Below, piece by piece: positions 28,092-38,653 of a DNA stretch of 64,000 bases. The stretch is from an uncultured delta proteobacterium (GTDB lineage Bacteria; Desulfobacterota; Desulfobaccia; Desulfobaccales; 0-14-0-80-60-11). The position numbers were made by a program, and so were the translations under genes. The notes under the pieces are model-generated. The model worked only from the letters and a program-made list of their open reading frames with translations, was not told the DNA's origin and ran no database searches. The stretch's first letter is position 1; each line of letters opens with the position of its first letter. The stretch is taken from NCBI GenBank assembly GCA_963812015.1, contig CAWETI010000003.1:1536001-1600000 (forward strand). Reading direction: 5' to 3'.

Positions 28092-29406
28092 CCCGGGGCG
28101 TAAGCCCCCCCGCATCCTCATCGTCGCCGGGGAGGCGTCCGGGGATGACCATGCGGCCAGGCTGGTGGCGGCCGTCCGGGAGTTCTGCCCCGCCGCGCAG
28201 TTCTTCGGGGTGGGGGGCGAAGCCATGGCTGCCCAGGGGGTGCGGATTCTCACCCCGGCTTCACAGCTGGCGGTGGTGGGCCTCCTGGAAGTGGTGGGTC
28301 GGCTGCCCGCGATCTGGCAGGCCTTGCGAACCATCGGCCGGACCCTGAAAACGGTCCGCCCGGACCTGGCCATCCTGGTGGATTTTCCCGACTTCAATTT
28401 CTGGGTGGCCCGGCTGGCCAGGTACTGGCGGGTGCCGGTGATGTACTACATCAGCCCCCAGGTGTGGGCCTGGCGCACCTACCGGGTGAAAACCCTCGCC
28501 CGCCTCACCGAACGGATGGTGGTGATCTTCCCCTTTGAGGCCGACTTCTACCGGCAGCGGGGCGTGACCGTGGATTACGTGGGCCACCCCTTTCGGGAAA
28601 CCCTGCCGCCCCTGCCGGACCGACGCACCTTCCTGGCCCAGCACGGCCTAGACCCGGAGCGCCTTACCATCGCCCTCCTCCCCGGCAGCCGGGGCAGCGA
28701 AATCGAGCGGCACCTGCCCATTATCCTGAAGGCGGCCAAACTCATCCACCAGGCCATCCCCCAAACCCAGTTTCTCCTGCCCCTGGCCTCCACCGCCCCG
28801 GAGGGGCTGGTGGAGAGGATAGTGGAGGAGTTTTGGAGTGATTTGAGTGGAGGAGCGGGGGACTTTTTCGTAAGGGTTCCCCCGCCCTCCCCTCAAACTC
28901 CCCTCCGACCCCCCTGTAAGGGGTTGGGGGAGGGGGATTGGGGGAGGGGGCAGGGGCTGTCCGCCCCTGGCCCCCTCCCCCAAAACCATATTCTGCGCAT
29001 CATTCCCGGCCAGGCCTACCAGGCCCTGGGAGCGGCGCACGTCGCGGTGGTGGCCTCAGGCACGGCCACGGTGGAGGCGGCCTTGGCGGGGGTGCCCACG
29101 GTCATTGTTTACCGGGTGGCGCCCTTCACCTTTGCAGTGGCCCGCCGGCTCATCCGGGTGGAGCATGTGGGGATGGCCAATCTCCTGGCCGAAGAGCGCG
29201 TCTTCCCTGAGCTTATTCAGGACGACTTTACCCCGGAGCATTTGGCCCGGGAGGTTTTTGGTCTCATCCGGGACCCGGATCGCATGATTGCGGTGCGCCG
29301 GGGGCTGGCCGCGGTGATCCGGCGCCTGGGGGAGCCGGGGGCCTCGGCCCGGGCCGCCCGGGTAGCGGTGGAATTGATGGGTTCAAAGAATGAGCCGGGG
29401 AGATAA
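28030..29406 (+). CDS. lpxB: Lipid-A-disaccharide synthase (with in-frame repeat insertion)
   Basis: IVAGEASGD, DFPDFN, YISPQVWAWR, IFPFE, VGHP, LLPGSR, ASGTAT, PELIQ; start uncertain (27934 GTG or 28030 ATG). Confidence 0.93.
   Translation: MKGNTIKNINPFRPFAFSPFNPGRKPPRILIVAGEASGDDHAARLVAAVREFCPAAQFFGVGGEAMAAQGVRILTPASQLAVVGLLEVVGRLPAIWQALRTIGRTLKTVRPDLAILVDFPDFNFWVARLARYWRVPVMYYISPQVWAWRTYRVKTLARLTERMVVIFPFEADFYRQRGVTVDYVGHPFRETLPPLPDRRTFLAQHGLDPERLTIALLPGSRGSEIERHLPIILKAAKLIHQAIPQTQFLLPLASTAPEGLVERIVEEFWSDLSGGAGDFFVRVPPPSPQTPLRPPCKGLGEGDWGRGQGLSAPGPLPQNHILRIIPGQAYQALGAAHVAVVASGTATVEAALAGVPTVIVYRVAPFTFAVARRLIRVEHVGMANLLAEERVFPELIQDDFTPEHLAREVFGLIRDPDRMIAVRRGLAAVIRRLGEPGASARAARVAVELMGSKNEPGR
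28842..28985. repeat. Triple-hairpin repeat family A, copy inside the lpxB coding sequence
   Basis: 28879-28924 matches intergenic 42468-42513 at 45/46 nt; three consecutive stem-loops. Confidence 0.85.
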
Positions 29407-29619
29407 ACCTTGCCTGTGAAATTAACGGTCTTATATTGAAAAAGTGAAGGGAAATGATTTCCTGGAATAAGCAATCCCTTGCGCCGGGCAGGCGGCGCGA
29501 CAAAAAGAATTATTTCGATAATTATTCAAAGGCGTTAGCCTGCGTCTGCACAGGCTGCAAGTCTGTGTCGCCAAAAAACAAAAACTAAAAACCGAAAAGC
29601 GTTTCTAAGGAGGTGGCCC

Positions 29620-30672
29620 TTGATCAAAAAAATCCAATCCTTGTTGGGCGCAGAGGCCGATGATCTGTTGAAGCACAAGTGCAAAGGCTTCCCCAAAGAG
29701 AGCCTGCACCTGCCCGGGCCCGATTTTATCGACCGGGTCTGGATGATGAGCGACCGGACCCCCGGGGTCTTGCGCTCCCTGGCCGCTCTGTTCGGGCACG
29801 GCCGCCTGGCCGGCACCGGCTACCTCTCCATCCTGCCGGTGGACCAGGGCGTGGAGCATTCCGCCGCCGCCTCTTTTTCTCCGAACCCCCTGTATTTCGA
29901 CCCGGAGAACATCGTCAAGCTAGCCATCGCCGGGGGCTGCAACGCGGTGGCCTCCACCCTGGGGGTGCTGGGCGCGGTGTCCCGGAAATACGCCCACAAG
30001 ATCCCCTTCATCGTCAAAATCAACCACAACGAGATGCTGGCCTACCCCAATTTTTACGACCAGACCCTGTTTGCCTCGGTGGAGCAGGCCTTCGACCTGG
30101 GCGCGGTGGCTGTGGGGGCCACCATCTATTACGGCTCCCCGGAGTGCCGCCGGCAAATCCAGGAGATTTCCGAGGCCTTCAAGGTGGCCCACGAGTTAGG
30201 CATGGCCTGCATCCTCTGGTGCTACCTGCGCAACCCCGCCTTCAAGACGGCAGAGGGGGATTTCCACGCCTCCGCCGACCTCACCGGGCAGGCCAACTAC
30301 CTGGGGGTGACCATCGAGGCGGACATCATCAAGCAGAAGCTGGCCGAGAACAACGGTGGCTACAAGGCGGTAAAATTCGGTAAAACCAGCGAGCTGGTCT
30401 ACACCAAGCTGGCGGGCCCGCACCCCATCGATCTGTGCCGCTACCAGGTGGCCAACTGCTTTATGGGACGGGCGGGGCTCATCAACTCCGGGGGAGGCTC
30501 CGGCAAAAACGACCTGGCCGACGCGGTGCGCACCGCGGTAATCAACAAGCGGGCCGGGGGCATGGGGCTTATTTCCGGGCGCAAGACTTTCCAGCGGCCC
30601 ATGCAGGAGGGGGTGGAACTCTTCAACGCCATCCAGGACGTCTATCTCTGCAAAGAGGTGGAAGTGGCCTGA
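29620..30672 (+). CDS. fbaB: Class I fructose-bisphosphate aldolase (DhnA/FbaB type)
   Basis: [47 protein letters not shown]. Confidence 0.95.
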   Translation: MIKKIQSLLGAEADDLLKHKCKGFPKESLHLPGPDFIDRVWMMSDRTPGVLRSLAALFGHGRLAGTGYLSILPVDQGVEHSAAASFSPNPLYFDPENIVKLAIAGGCNAVASTLGVLGAVSRKYAHKIPFIVKINHNEMLAYPNFYDQTLFASVEQAFDLGAVAVGATIYYGSPECRRQIQEISEAFKVAHELGMACILWCYLRNPAFKTAEGDFHASADLTGQANYLGVTIEADIIKQKLAENNGGYKAVKFGKTSELVYTKLAGPHPIDLCRYQVANCFMGRAGLINSGGGSGKNDLADAVRTAVINKRAGGMGLISGRKTFQRPMQEGVELFNAIQDVYLCKEVEVA

Positions 30673-30835
30673 AGCGGCAGGGGAGGGGCGGAGTGGGGGA
30701 TTTCGCTCCACACCCCACCCCTGAGCCGACAGCAAGGCGAGGTGCAGGGCTCCCCGGCCTCATCCCTGAAAAAGGGTCCCCGGCAGGGCCATCCATGGCC
30801 CTGCCGTTTCTGTTCAAGGGACCGGTGAACACGAC

Positions 30836-31564
30836 TTAGCTTTGGGGTTTGGGCTGCCGCTTCCAGTAAAACGCCAGCCCCACCAAGCCTGAGATCAGGA
30901 GCACCGGGGTGCCGGGTAAGGCGAGAGGTTGGGAACCATCGATGGGAAGACATACCTCGTTGAAGGGAAAGTCATCCGTGCGGACAGTTATCCTTTGATT
31001 GGCGCTGATACCTTCATCCCAGAGCCTGATTTTTTGCATGGCCGCCCCATAATAATCAAATGATTGCCCTCCCTGGCCAAAAGGCCCTTGAAAATTAGCC
31101 CAAGTCATAGCTGGCATAGCAGGACGGTTCGACCCATGCGGCTGGATGGCACAGGGCTGACCATCACTCCTTAAGAATTGCCCCCCTTCATTTCCCTGGC
31201 CGCGGCTATCCGAATAAATAGAGATAATTTTGTGATAATCCCGCCCCGCGTAATTCCCTAAAGCAGTATCCCGGCCGATGGATAAATTAGGGATAAAATG
31301 AACCTTTGCCCAATATGGCAACCTGACCAGGGATTTAACGAGATGGTCTGCAAGATCGGTTATTCTCACACCGGCGTAATCATCACCTGATATTAAGCAA
31401 TACGGGTGAAGAGACCAATTGGCGAAGGCACTGGCCGTATCCACCGATGGAGATGCTTCAGTGCCTGGCGAATAATTGGCATCAAAAGTTGTGGCACGGA
31501 CCGGATAACTCGCTAATATTATGAGCAAAGCTATCCTCAACGCAAATAATAACTGTCTCTTCAT
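30836..31564 (-). CDS. Exported protein with degenerate PEP-CTERM-like sorting signal
   Basis: Signal peptide MKRQLLFALRIALLIILASYPVRA; C-terminus LALPGTPVLLISGLVGLAFYWKRQ (Pro motif, TM helix, basic tail); visibly more AT-rich than its neighbours. Confidence 0.65.
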   Translation of the reverse strand: MKRQLLFALRIALLIILASYPVRATTFDANYSPGTEASPSVDTASAFANWSLHPYCLISGDDYAGVRITDLADHLVKSLVRLPYWAKVHFIPNLSIGRDTALGNYAGRDYHKIISIYSDSRGQGNEGGQFLRSDGQPCAIQPHGSNRPAMPAMTWANFQGPFGQGGQSFDYYGAAMQKIRLWDEGISANQRITVRTDDFPFNEVCLPIDGSQPLALPGTPVLLISGLVGLAFYWKRQPKPQS

Positions 31565-32033
31565 TGGCGCATCCTTCTTATCCGAGCTGGCTGGTGGGGG
31601 GGGCAAGGCAGTTCTGCTTTTGGACCTGGTGCAGCAGTCAGAAGCCTGGCGCCGGTTGGCCCGAGGCGATGCAAGGATATGGGCGTGGTGGCGATGAGGT
31701 GAAGGATGTGCTGGGTGGGGCCCCGGAGGGCCCCTGGGGAAGAAGCTGAGGAATCGTTTGTTGCGGCCCTGGCCCAGAGGTCGGGGCTCAGTCGCGGCCA
31801 CCTGCAGACAGCCAGCGGGGCCACAACTGAGGCCCCCGGCAAGGAAGCCGCTGGTTCCAAAGCAACTCGCACTATCCTGTGCAGATTCCCGCGTCGACTT
31901 GACAATGCGGGTCTCCTCTCATCCATGAGAGTTTGTCAGTCGTCATGGCGCTGCTCCTTCCTGGAACGCCTGCCACGGCGACTGTAGGCGGATAGTTTAA
32001 TGCTGTTGCTGCTCGGGCTCCGCTCTGACCCGG

Positions 32034-32064
32034 AAAAAAATCGGGCTGCCTTGAAGGCAACCCG
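32034..32064 (-). terminator. Intrinsic terminator forming the riboswitch expression platform
   Basis: Minus strand CGGGTTGCC-TTCAA-GGCAGCCCG-A-T7; the left arm overlaps the aptamer 3' end. Confidence 0.85.
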
Positions 32065-32132
32065 GCTATCTTTTCTCCTTAAGACCCGTGGTTTTCCGTC
32101 CCCATCTCACGGTGGGTTTGGCTTTTCTCAAG
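32050..32132 (-). ncRNA. Cyclic di-GMP-I (GEMM) riboswitch
   Basis: Minus strand CTTGAGAAAAGCCAAACCCACCGTGAGATGGGGACGGAAAACCACGGGTCT...AGATAGCCGGGTTGCCTTCAAG: GNRA-type P2, receptor P3 and P1 pairing all present. Confidence 0.9.
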
Positions 32133-32140
32133 TATTAGCG

Positions 32141-32169
32141 AGCTTAAAAAGGTAAATACGAAAAGTCAA
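32141..32169 (-). promoter_or_regulatory. Sigma-70 promoter of the riboswitch transcript
   Basis: Minus strand TTGACT-N17-TAAGCT, ending 8 nt before the aptamer. Confidence 0.75.
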
Positions 32170-32526
32170 GTAATTAATATTGAAATTAGAATATTTTTTA
32201 ACATTTATTTCCCCTGCCTAAATTCTCTACCAGGTAAAATAATTGACACAAGATGGCCCCAGATGCGCCAGGGGGCGCTCAGGAGGGAAAAGGGGGTCAT
32301 CGGTCGGCCTGCCCGCGGGGCGATGCTGGCTCCGGCGGGCTGAGGGCAAAATGCCTCCCTGTCACCGAAAATATTGCCGCTACCGGGGGATCAAAGCCTG
32401 CCCCAGGAGGCATATCCACGGGGGACTTGCACGGTAACGAGTTTTTATGGCGAAAAGGCGTTTTTTTATCAGGCCGGATAGTATAAAATAACAGAATAAT
32501 TCGCCGGTTAAAGGATGAAGCACACC

Positions 32527-33171
32527 ATGTTTACCGGGCTAGTGGAAGGCGTCGGAGAGATCCTCGGCCTCACCTCCATGGCCGAGGGGCTGCGGCTTGC
32601 GGTCAAGAACTCGTTTCCCGCCGGGGAGCTCGTTCTGGGGGAATCGGTGGCGGTAGCGGGGGCCTGCCTCACGGTGGTGGCTTTAGCCGCGCCCCGGGCC
32701 AGCTTCGAAGTTTCCCCGGAAACCCTGGCCCACACCACTTTTCCCTTGAAAAAGGTGGGGGACCGGGTAAACTTAGAACGAGCCCTCAAGCTGGGGGACC
32801 GCCTGGGCGGGCACCTGGTCACGGGTCACGTGGACGGCGTCGGCATGGTGCGGGCGCTTAGACCCGGCCCGGCTCACATCGGGCTCACGTTCGAAATGCC
32901 CGGCCCCCTGGCCCGCTTCGTTATCGAGAAGGGCTCCATCGCCATCGACGGCGTCTCTCTGACAGTGAACTCCTGCCAGGGCAATACCTTTACGGTGAAC
33001 GTCATCCCTTTCACCGCCCGGGAGACCACCCTGGCCGCCCTCAAAGTGGGCGACCGGGTCAACCTGGAAACTGACCTGATCGGCAAATACGTGGCCCGGC
33101 TCCTGGGTCAGAACGCCTCCCAAGGCGGGGGGGTCACCCCGGAGTTGCTGGCCCGGCACGGGTTTTTCTAA
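32527..33171 (+). CDS. ribE: Riboflavin synthase (alpha chain; ribC in E. coli nomenclature)
   Basis: MFTGLVE start, [30 protein letters not shown]. Confidence 0.95.
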   Translation: MFTGLVEGVGEILGLTSMAEGLRLAVKNSFPAGELVLGESVAVAGACLTVVALAAPRASFEVSPETLAHTTFPLKKVGDRVNLERALKLGDRLGGHLVTGHVDGVGMVRALRPGPAHIGLTFEMPGPLARFVIEKGSIAIDGVSLTVNSCQGNTFTVNVIPFTARETTLAALKVGDRVNLETDLIGKYVARLLGQNASQGGGVTPELLARHGFF

Positions 33172-33263
33172 GTGAGCCGTGAGCCCAAGACCCCACCGGC
33201 AAGATGCCGGTGCCACTCATAATCGAAAAGAGCAAACTGAAAACCAAAAACAGGATCTTAACC

Positions 33264-34466
<1,203 letters not shown>

Positions 34467-34553
34467 TAACTTCTCTCGCCAAGCTGCTCAGGATGCAAAG
34501 GAATTATGCTTTGCTCTTTACGCCTTGGCGTGAACCAAACCGAGGGGGGGCAG

Positions 34554-35021
34554 ATGCGAACCATAGAAGGCAAGCTCATCGCCGAAGGTCTGAAATTCGC
34601 CCTGGTAGTGAGCCGCTTCAATTCCTTTATCACCGAGCGCTTGTTGGAGGGCGCTCTGGATTGTCTGCGGCGCAAAGGGGTTGCCGAGGAGCACCTGACC
34701 CTGGTGCGGGTGCCCGGAGCCTGGGAGATTCCCCTGGCGGCCAAGCGCCTGGTCCAGGCCGGGGGCCACGATGGGGTCATCTGCCTGGGCGCGGTGATCC
34801 GGGGTTCCACGCCCCACTTCGATTACGTGGCCGCAGAGGTGAGCAAGGGGATTGCCCAGGTGTCCCTGGACAGCGGGGTGCCCATCGGTTTTGGCATCCT
34901 GACCACCGATAGCCTGGAGCAGGCCATTGAACGGGCCGGCAGCAAGGCGGGCAACAAAGGCTTTGCCGCGGCGGAAGCCGCCGTCGAGATGGTCAATCTC
35001 CTGAAAGAACTGGGAGCCTGA
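34554..35021 (+). CDS. ribH: 6,7-dimethyl-8-ribityllumazine synthase
   Basis: [28 protein letters not shown]. Confidence 0.97.
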   Translation: MRTIEGKLIAEGLKFALVVSRFNSFITERLLEGALDCLRRKGVAEEHLTLVRVPGAWEIPLAAKRLVQAGGHDGVICLGAVIRGSTPHFDYVAAEVSKGIAQVSLDSGVPIGFGILTTDSLEQAIERAGSKAGNKGFAAAEAAVEMVNLLKELGA

Positions 35022-35025
35022 CTGT

Positions 35026-35445
35026 TTGGCGGCTTATTCCCGCAGCCACTGCCGGGATTTGGCCTTGCAGTTTCTCTATCAGGCCGAGTTCTCAGGGCCG
35101 CCCCGGCCCGAGGCGGTGGAACGTTTCTGGCGGCATTTCCACAAAGAAGGCACCCCCCCCGCCTATCTCAAGGAACTGGTGGAGGGGGTGGGGTCCCACC
35201 TGGAGGAACTGGATGCCTTCATCGTGCGCTACTCGGAGCATTGGCGCCTGGAGCGCATGACCATCGTGGATCGCAACCTCCTCCGGCTGGCCATCTATGA
35301 ACTCCTGTACCAATCCCAGATTCCGCCCAAGGTGGTGATCAACGAGGCGGTGGAGATGGCCAAGCGTTACGGCAGCGAGGCCTCCGGGGGTTTCGTCAAC
35401 GGCATCCTGGACCAGGTAAGAATGTCCTTGGGCCGGGAAGTTTGA
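35026..35445 (+). CDS. nusB: Transcription antitermination factor NusB
   Basis: ALQFLYQ, WRLERM..VDRNLLR, VVINEAVE, FVNGILD. Confidence 0.95.
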   Translation: MAAYSRSHCRDLALQFLYQAEFSGPPRPEAVERFWRHFHKEGTPPAYLKELVEGVGSHLEELDAFIVRYSEHWRLERMTIVDRNLLRLAIYELLYQSQIPPKVVINEAVEMAKRYGSEASGGFVNGILDQVRMSLGREV

Positions 35446-35609
35446 GGCTGGAACGAGCCGCCGGCCTCAGGGCTTCGACATTCAGGGCTTGCATGTTGGG
35501 GTCTGAAGCATTAATGATATATACGAAACCTGAAAATCAATCGCGGTCGACATTCCCTGGCACAGGGCGCTGGCATTCTTGATCCGCACTGCGGAAGGAG
35601 GGAGACAAG

Positions 35610-36245
35610 ATGACCCGGAAATGGTTGGCGATGGCTGTAGTAGTCCTCTTGGCCGTGTCTTTCGTGGGCTGCGCCACCGAAAGCGGCTATTATGACCCGG
35701 CTCGGTCCGCTGGGGCCGGCGCCTTGGGTGGGGCCGCCACCGGCGCGGCCATCGGCGCCATCATCGGTGCGGCCACCGGCTCACCCGCCACCGGCGCCTG
35801 GATCGGCGCGGCCGCCGGCGGTGTCCTGGGGGGCGTGGGCGGGGCGCTCTATGCCGAGCACCGCAACAGCGAGATCCGCTCGTCCGAGGCTGCGGCCCAG
35901 GCCTATAACTACCAGGGCCAGGGCAATGTGGTCAGCGTGGACAACGTAACTGCTTCTCCTTCCACCGTCAGGCGGGGGCAGCAGGTTAACCTGAGCCTGA
36001 GTTATACCATCTTGACCCCCTCTAATGACCCGGTGAACATCACCCTGGTGCGGGAGATCAGGTTCAACGGTCAAATGGTGGGGTCGCCTTACCAGAGCAC
36101 GGTGACCAATACCAACGGGTCCTATACGGACAACGTGGCTTTTGCCGTGCCCAGCAACGCCGGTCCCGGCACCTACACCATCAGCAGCCGGGTGATGAGC
36201 GACTACGGCTCCTCCCAGCGGGACGGGTATTTCAACGTGCAGTAG
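35610..36245 (+). CDS. Glycine-zipper lipoprotein with C-terminal beta-rich domain
   Basis: Lipobox FVGC; GxxxG repeats; GGAGG RBS. Confidence 0.8.
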   Translation: MTRKWLAMAVVVLLAVSFVGCATESGYYDPARSAGAGALGGAATGAAIGAIIGAATGSPATGAWIGAAAGGVLGGVGGALYAEHRNSEIRSSEAAAQAYNYQGQGNVVSVDNVTASPSTVRRGQQVNLSLSYTILTPSNDPVNITLVREIRFNGQMVGSPYQSTVTNTNGSYTDNVAFAVPSNAGPGTYTISSRVMSDYGSSQRDGYFNVQ

Positions 36246-36358
36246 CGCCGCGAATTCAGCAAAGCCGGGGATATCTTGCCTGAGGGCCGAGATTTCCCCG
36301 GCTCCTTCTGCCTGCCCCATTGACAAGCCGATCCCCTTCTGATAAATAATCATTTTAC

Positions 36359-36410
36359 CCTTCCTTGCCCTGGGCCGGTGCGTACCAGGGCCATGAGACC
36401 ATAAGGAGGA
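36359..36410 (+). promoter_or_regulatory. S6:S18 ribosomal protein leader RNA
   Basis: CTTCCTTGCCCTGG...CCAGGGC...AGACCATAAGGAGG directly before rpsF; the 5' pyrimidine tract can pair with the Shine-Dalgarno; TTGACA at 36320. Confidence 0.65.
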
Positions 36411-36413
36411 AGA

Positions 36414-36839
36414 ATGCGCCGCTACGAATCGCTCTGGGTGGTTAATGGCGACCTCCCGGATGAAGAAGTAAAATCCGCCATCGACAAGTTTTCCCGGATT
36501 ATCTCCTCTCAAGGTGGAACCGTGGTGGGAGTGGAAGAGTGGGGCCGGCGCAAGCTGTCCTACAAGATCCAAGGCACCATCCGCGGCTTTTATGTGCTAG
36601 CCGATTTTGCCGGTTCGGCCGAGACGGTCAAGGAGCTGGAACGCAACTACCGGATTGACGATCGCATCCTCCGCTACCTCACCACCAAGAAAGCCGACCA
36701 CGTGAACCTGGATGCCCTGCAGGCCGAAATCGCGGCCAAGGCCAAGGCGGCCGCGCCGCCCGAACCCGAAGCCGCCCCCGTGGCTCCCGCGGAAATCGCC
36801 GTCCCGGAAGAACCTGCAGCCCCAGCCAAGGAGGAATAG
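36414..36839 (+). CDS. rpsF: 30S ribosomal protein S6
   Basis: MRRYE, WGRRKLSYKI, ILRYL. Confidence 0.97.
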   Translation: MRRYESLWVVNGDLPDEEVKSAIDKFSRIISSQGGTVVGVEEWGRRKLSYKIQGTIRGFYVLADFAGSAETVKELERNYRIDDRILRYLTTKKADHVNLDALQAEIAAKAKAAAPPEPEAAPVAPAEIAVPEEPAAPAKEE

Positions 36840-36842
36840 TCC

Positions 36843-37100
36843 GTGCCTGTAATGCCTCGCCGCAAACGGAAACAATTTTACGTCCGCCGCAAGGTCTGCC
36901 GTTTTTGCGTGGACGCCAATCTGCCCATTGATTACAAGGACGTCAACACCCTGAGACAGTTTGTCACGGAGCGGGGTAAGATTATCCCCCGCCGCATCTC
37001 GGGTAACTGCGCCCGTCATCAGCGCCGGGTCACCCGGGCCATCAAGCAGGCCCGGCTCCTGGCCCTGATTGCCTATACCCCCCAAGTGCCCATTACGTGA
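36843..37100 (+). CDS. rpsR: 30S ribosomal protein S18 (Zn-ribbon form)
   Basis: [33 protein letters not shown]. Confidence 0.97.
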   Translation: MPVMPRRKRKQFYVRRKVCRFCVDANLPIDYKDVNTLRQFVTERGKIIPRRISGNCARHQRRVTRAIKQARLLALIAYTPQVPIT

Positions 37101-37122
37101 GGGCTGGGGTAACCGGTAAGCC

Positions 37123-38061
37123 GTGGGTCGAGGTCTTTCCATCTGGTTCCTCTGCCTGGGCGCCCTCCTGGTAGGGTACCTGGGGGCCCAGGTAAATCCC
37201 CTGGCCTTCCTGATGGTCGGCGTTCTGGCGCCCTTGCCGGTGCTGGTAACCGGCTGGCGCTCGGGGGAGTTGGCGGGCCTGGGACTGGCCCTGGCTGCCG
37301 TGGCAGCAATCTTCTGTCTGCACCCCGTTCTGGACACCCTCTGGCAAAACCTGGGTTTTCTCAATCTGCTGCTCATGGGGGTGATACTGGCCAGCTTGCA
37401 ATGCCGGGGGGTGTCAACGCCCCGGGCTATTATCCTGACGGTGGCGGCCTTGGTCGTCGGGGCTTTGCTGGTTTTTGTCGGGCAGGCCATCTTTATGGGG
37501 CTGTCCCTCCAGGACCTGCTGGCTCAGAAGAGCGCCGAGATCATGGACACGGTGCGCAAGGTCTTGGGGGATGCCGGCGGCGGCGCCCCCGGTCCCCTGA
37601 TCCCGGGCGTGGCCCCGGACCAGGTGGAGGCCTTGCTCCGGCGTCTCCTGCCGGGGTTGCTGGTGACCAATATGGCCCTGGTGGCCTGGCTGAACGTCAT
37701 CCTGTCCCGGCAGGTGGTCTTTCTCCTGGGATGGGGCGAACCGGAGCCGCCGCTGTATCACTGGGTGGCCCCGGAGTGGCTAATCTTTGTATTGCTGGGG
37801 GCCGGCTTTCTCCTGCTGGTGCCGGTGACCGGGGCGCGGTTCTTTGGCCTGAACCTGATCATGGTGGTGGCGGTGCTTTATTTTTGCCAGGGAGTGGCGG
37901 TGGTGGCCACCTGGTTTCATCGCCTGGGGCTGCCTCGCCTGCTGCGGATGATCGGCTACCCCTTGCTGTTCTTGAATCCGTTTTTTTTCTTGATTATCAC
38001 CCTGGGGTTGTTGGACCTGTGGCTGGATTTTCGCCGGTTGCATCGACCCAAGGATGCCTGA
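37123..38061 (+). CDS. DUF2232/YybS family membrane protein
   Basis: Hydrophobic; YFCQG and GLLDLWLDFRR motifs; typical position between rpsR and rplI. Confidence 0.85.
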   Translation: MGRGLSIWFLCLGALLVGYLGAQVNPLAFLMVGVLAPLPVLVTGWRSGELAGLGLALAAVAAIFCLHPVLDTLWQNLGFLNLLLMGVILASLQCRGVSTPRAIILTVAALVVGALLVFVGQAIFMGLSLQDLLAQKSAEIMDTVRKVLGDAGGGAPGPLIPGVAPDQVEALLRRLLPGLLVTNMALVAWLNVILSRQVVFLLGWGEPEPPLYHWVAPEWLIFVLLGAGFLLLVPVTGARFFGLNLIMVVAVLYFCQGVAVVATWFHRLGLPRLLRMIGYPLLFLNPFFFLIITLGLLDLWLDFRRLHRPKDA

Positions 38062-38074
38062 GGAGGAGTTTTCG

Positions 38075-38524
38075 GTGAAGATCATCTTGACGCAAGATAT
38101 TACCCCTTTGGGCGCCATGGGCACGGTAGTGGACGTGGCCCGGGGCTATGCCCGTAATTACCTGATACCTCAGGGGAAGGCTATGGAAGCCACCCCGGGG
38201 AACCTGGTCCAGGTGGAAAAGGCCAAAGTGAAGTATCTCCAGACGCAGGCCACGTCCCGGGAAGCCGTCATGGCCCAGGTGGCTCACCTGGAAGGGGCGA
38301 GCGTCACCATCGCCCAGAGGGTGGGCGAGGAAGAGCGCCTCTACGGCTCCGTCACCGCCGCCATGATCGCCGAGGCCTTGGAAGACCAGGGCTACGTGGT
38401 GGACAAAAAGCAGGTGGAACTGTCGGAACCCATCAAGCAGCTGGGTACCTACGAGGTTACCATCCGTCTGGCTCCGGAAGCCAAGGGCACGGTCACCGTG
38501 CAAGTGGTGCCCGAGAACGCCTAG
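38075..38524 (+). CDS. rplI: 50S ribosomal protein L9
   Basis: GTG start after GGAGGAG; GYARNYLIP, LYGSVT, PIKQLG. Confidence 0.97.
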   Translation: MKIILTQDITPLGAMGTVVDVARGYARNYLIPQGKAMEATPGNLVQVEKAKVKYLQTQATSREAVMAQVAHLEGASVTIAQRVGEEERLYGSVTAAMIAEALEDQGYVVDKKQVELSEPIKQLGTYEVTIRLAPEAKGTVTVQVVPENA

Positions 38525-38653
38525 CAGGCTGTTAAAAAACCACGATTTCCCCAGCATGTCATTCTAAGCGAAGCGAAGAATCTCGTATTTTCAGATAGAT
38601 GAGATCCTTCGCTACGCTCAGGATGACAAAAAAGGCGGTTTTTCAACAGCCTG
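38525..38653. mobile_element. 129-bp MITE with terminal inverted repeats, flanked by CTAG on both sides
   Basis: CTAG|CAGGCTGTTAAAAAACC ... GGTTTTTCAACAGCCTG|CTAG; inner palindrome shared with 12530-12601. Confidence 0.75.

Noticed and set aside
32200..32526. Possible FMN riboswitch or ribD remnant upstream of the rib operon
   Set aside because: No RFN consensus blocks and no RibD-like translation seen; ribD is simply absent here.
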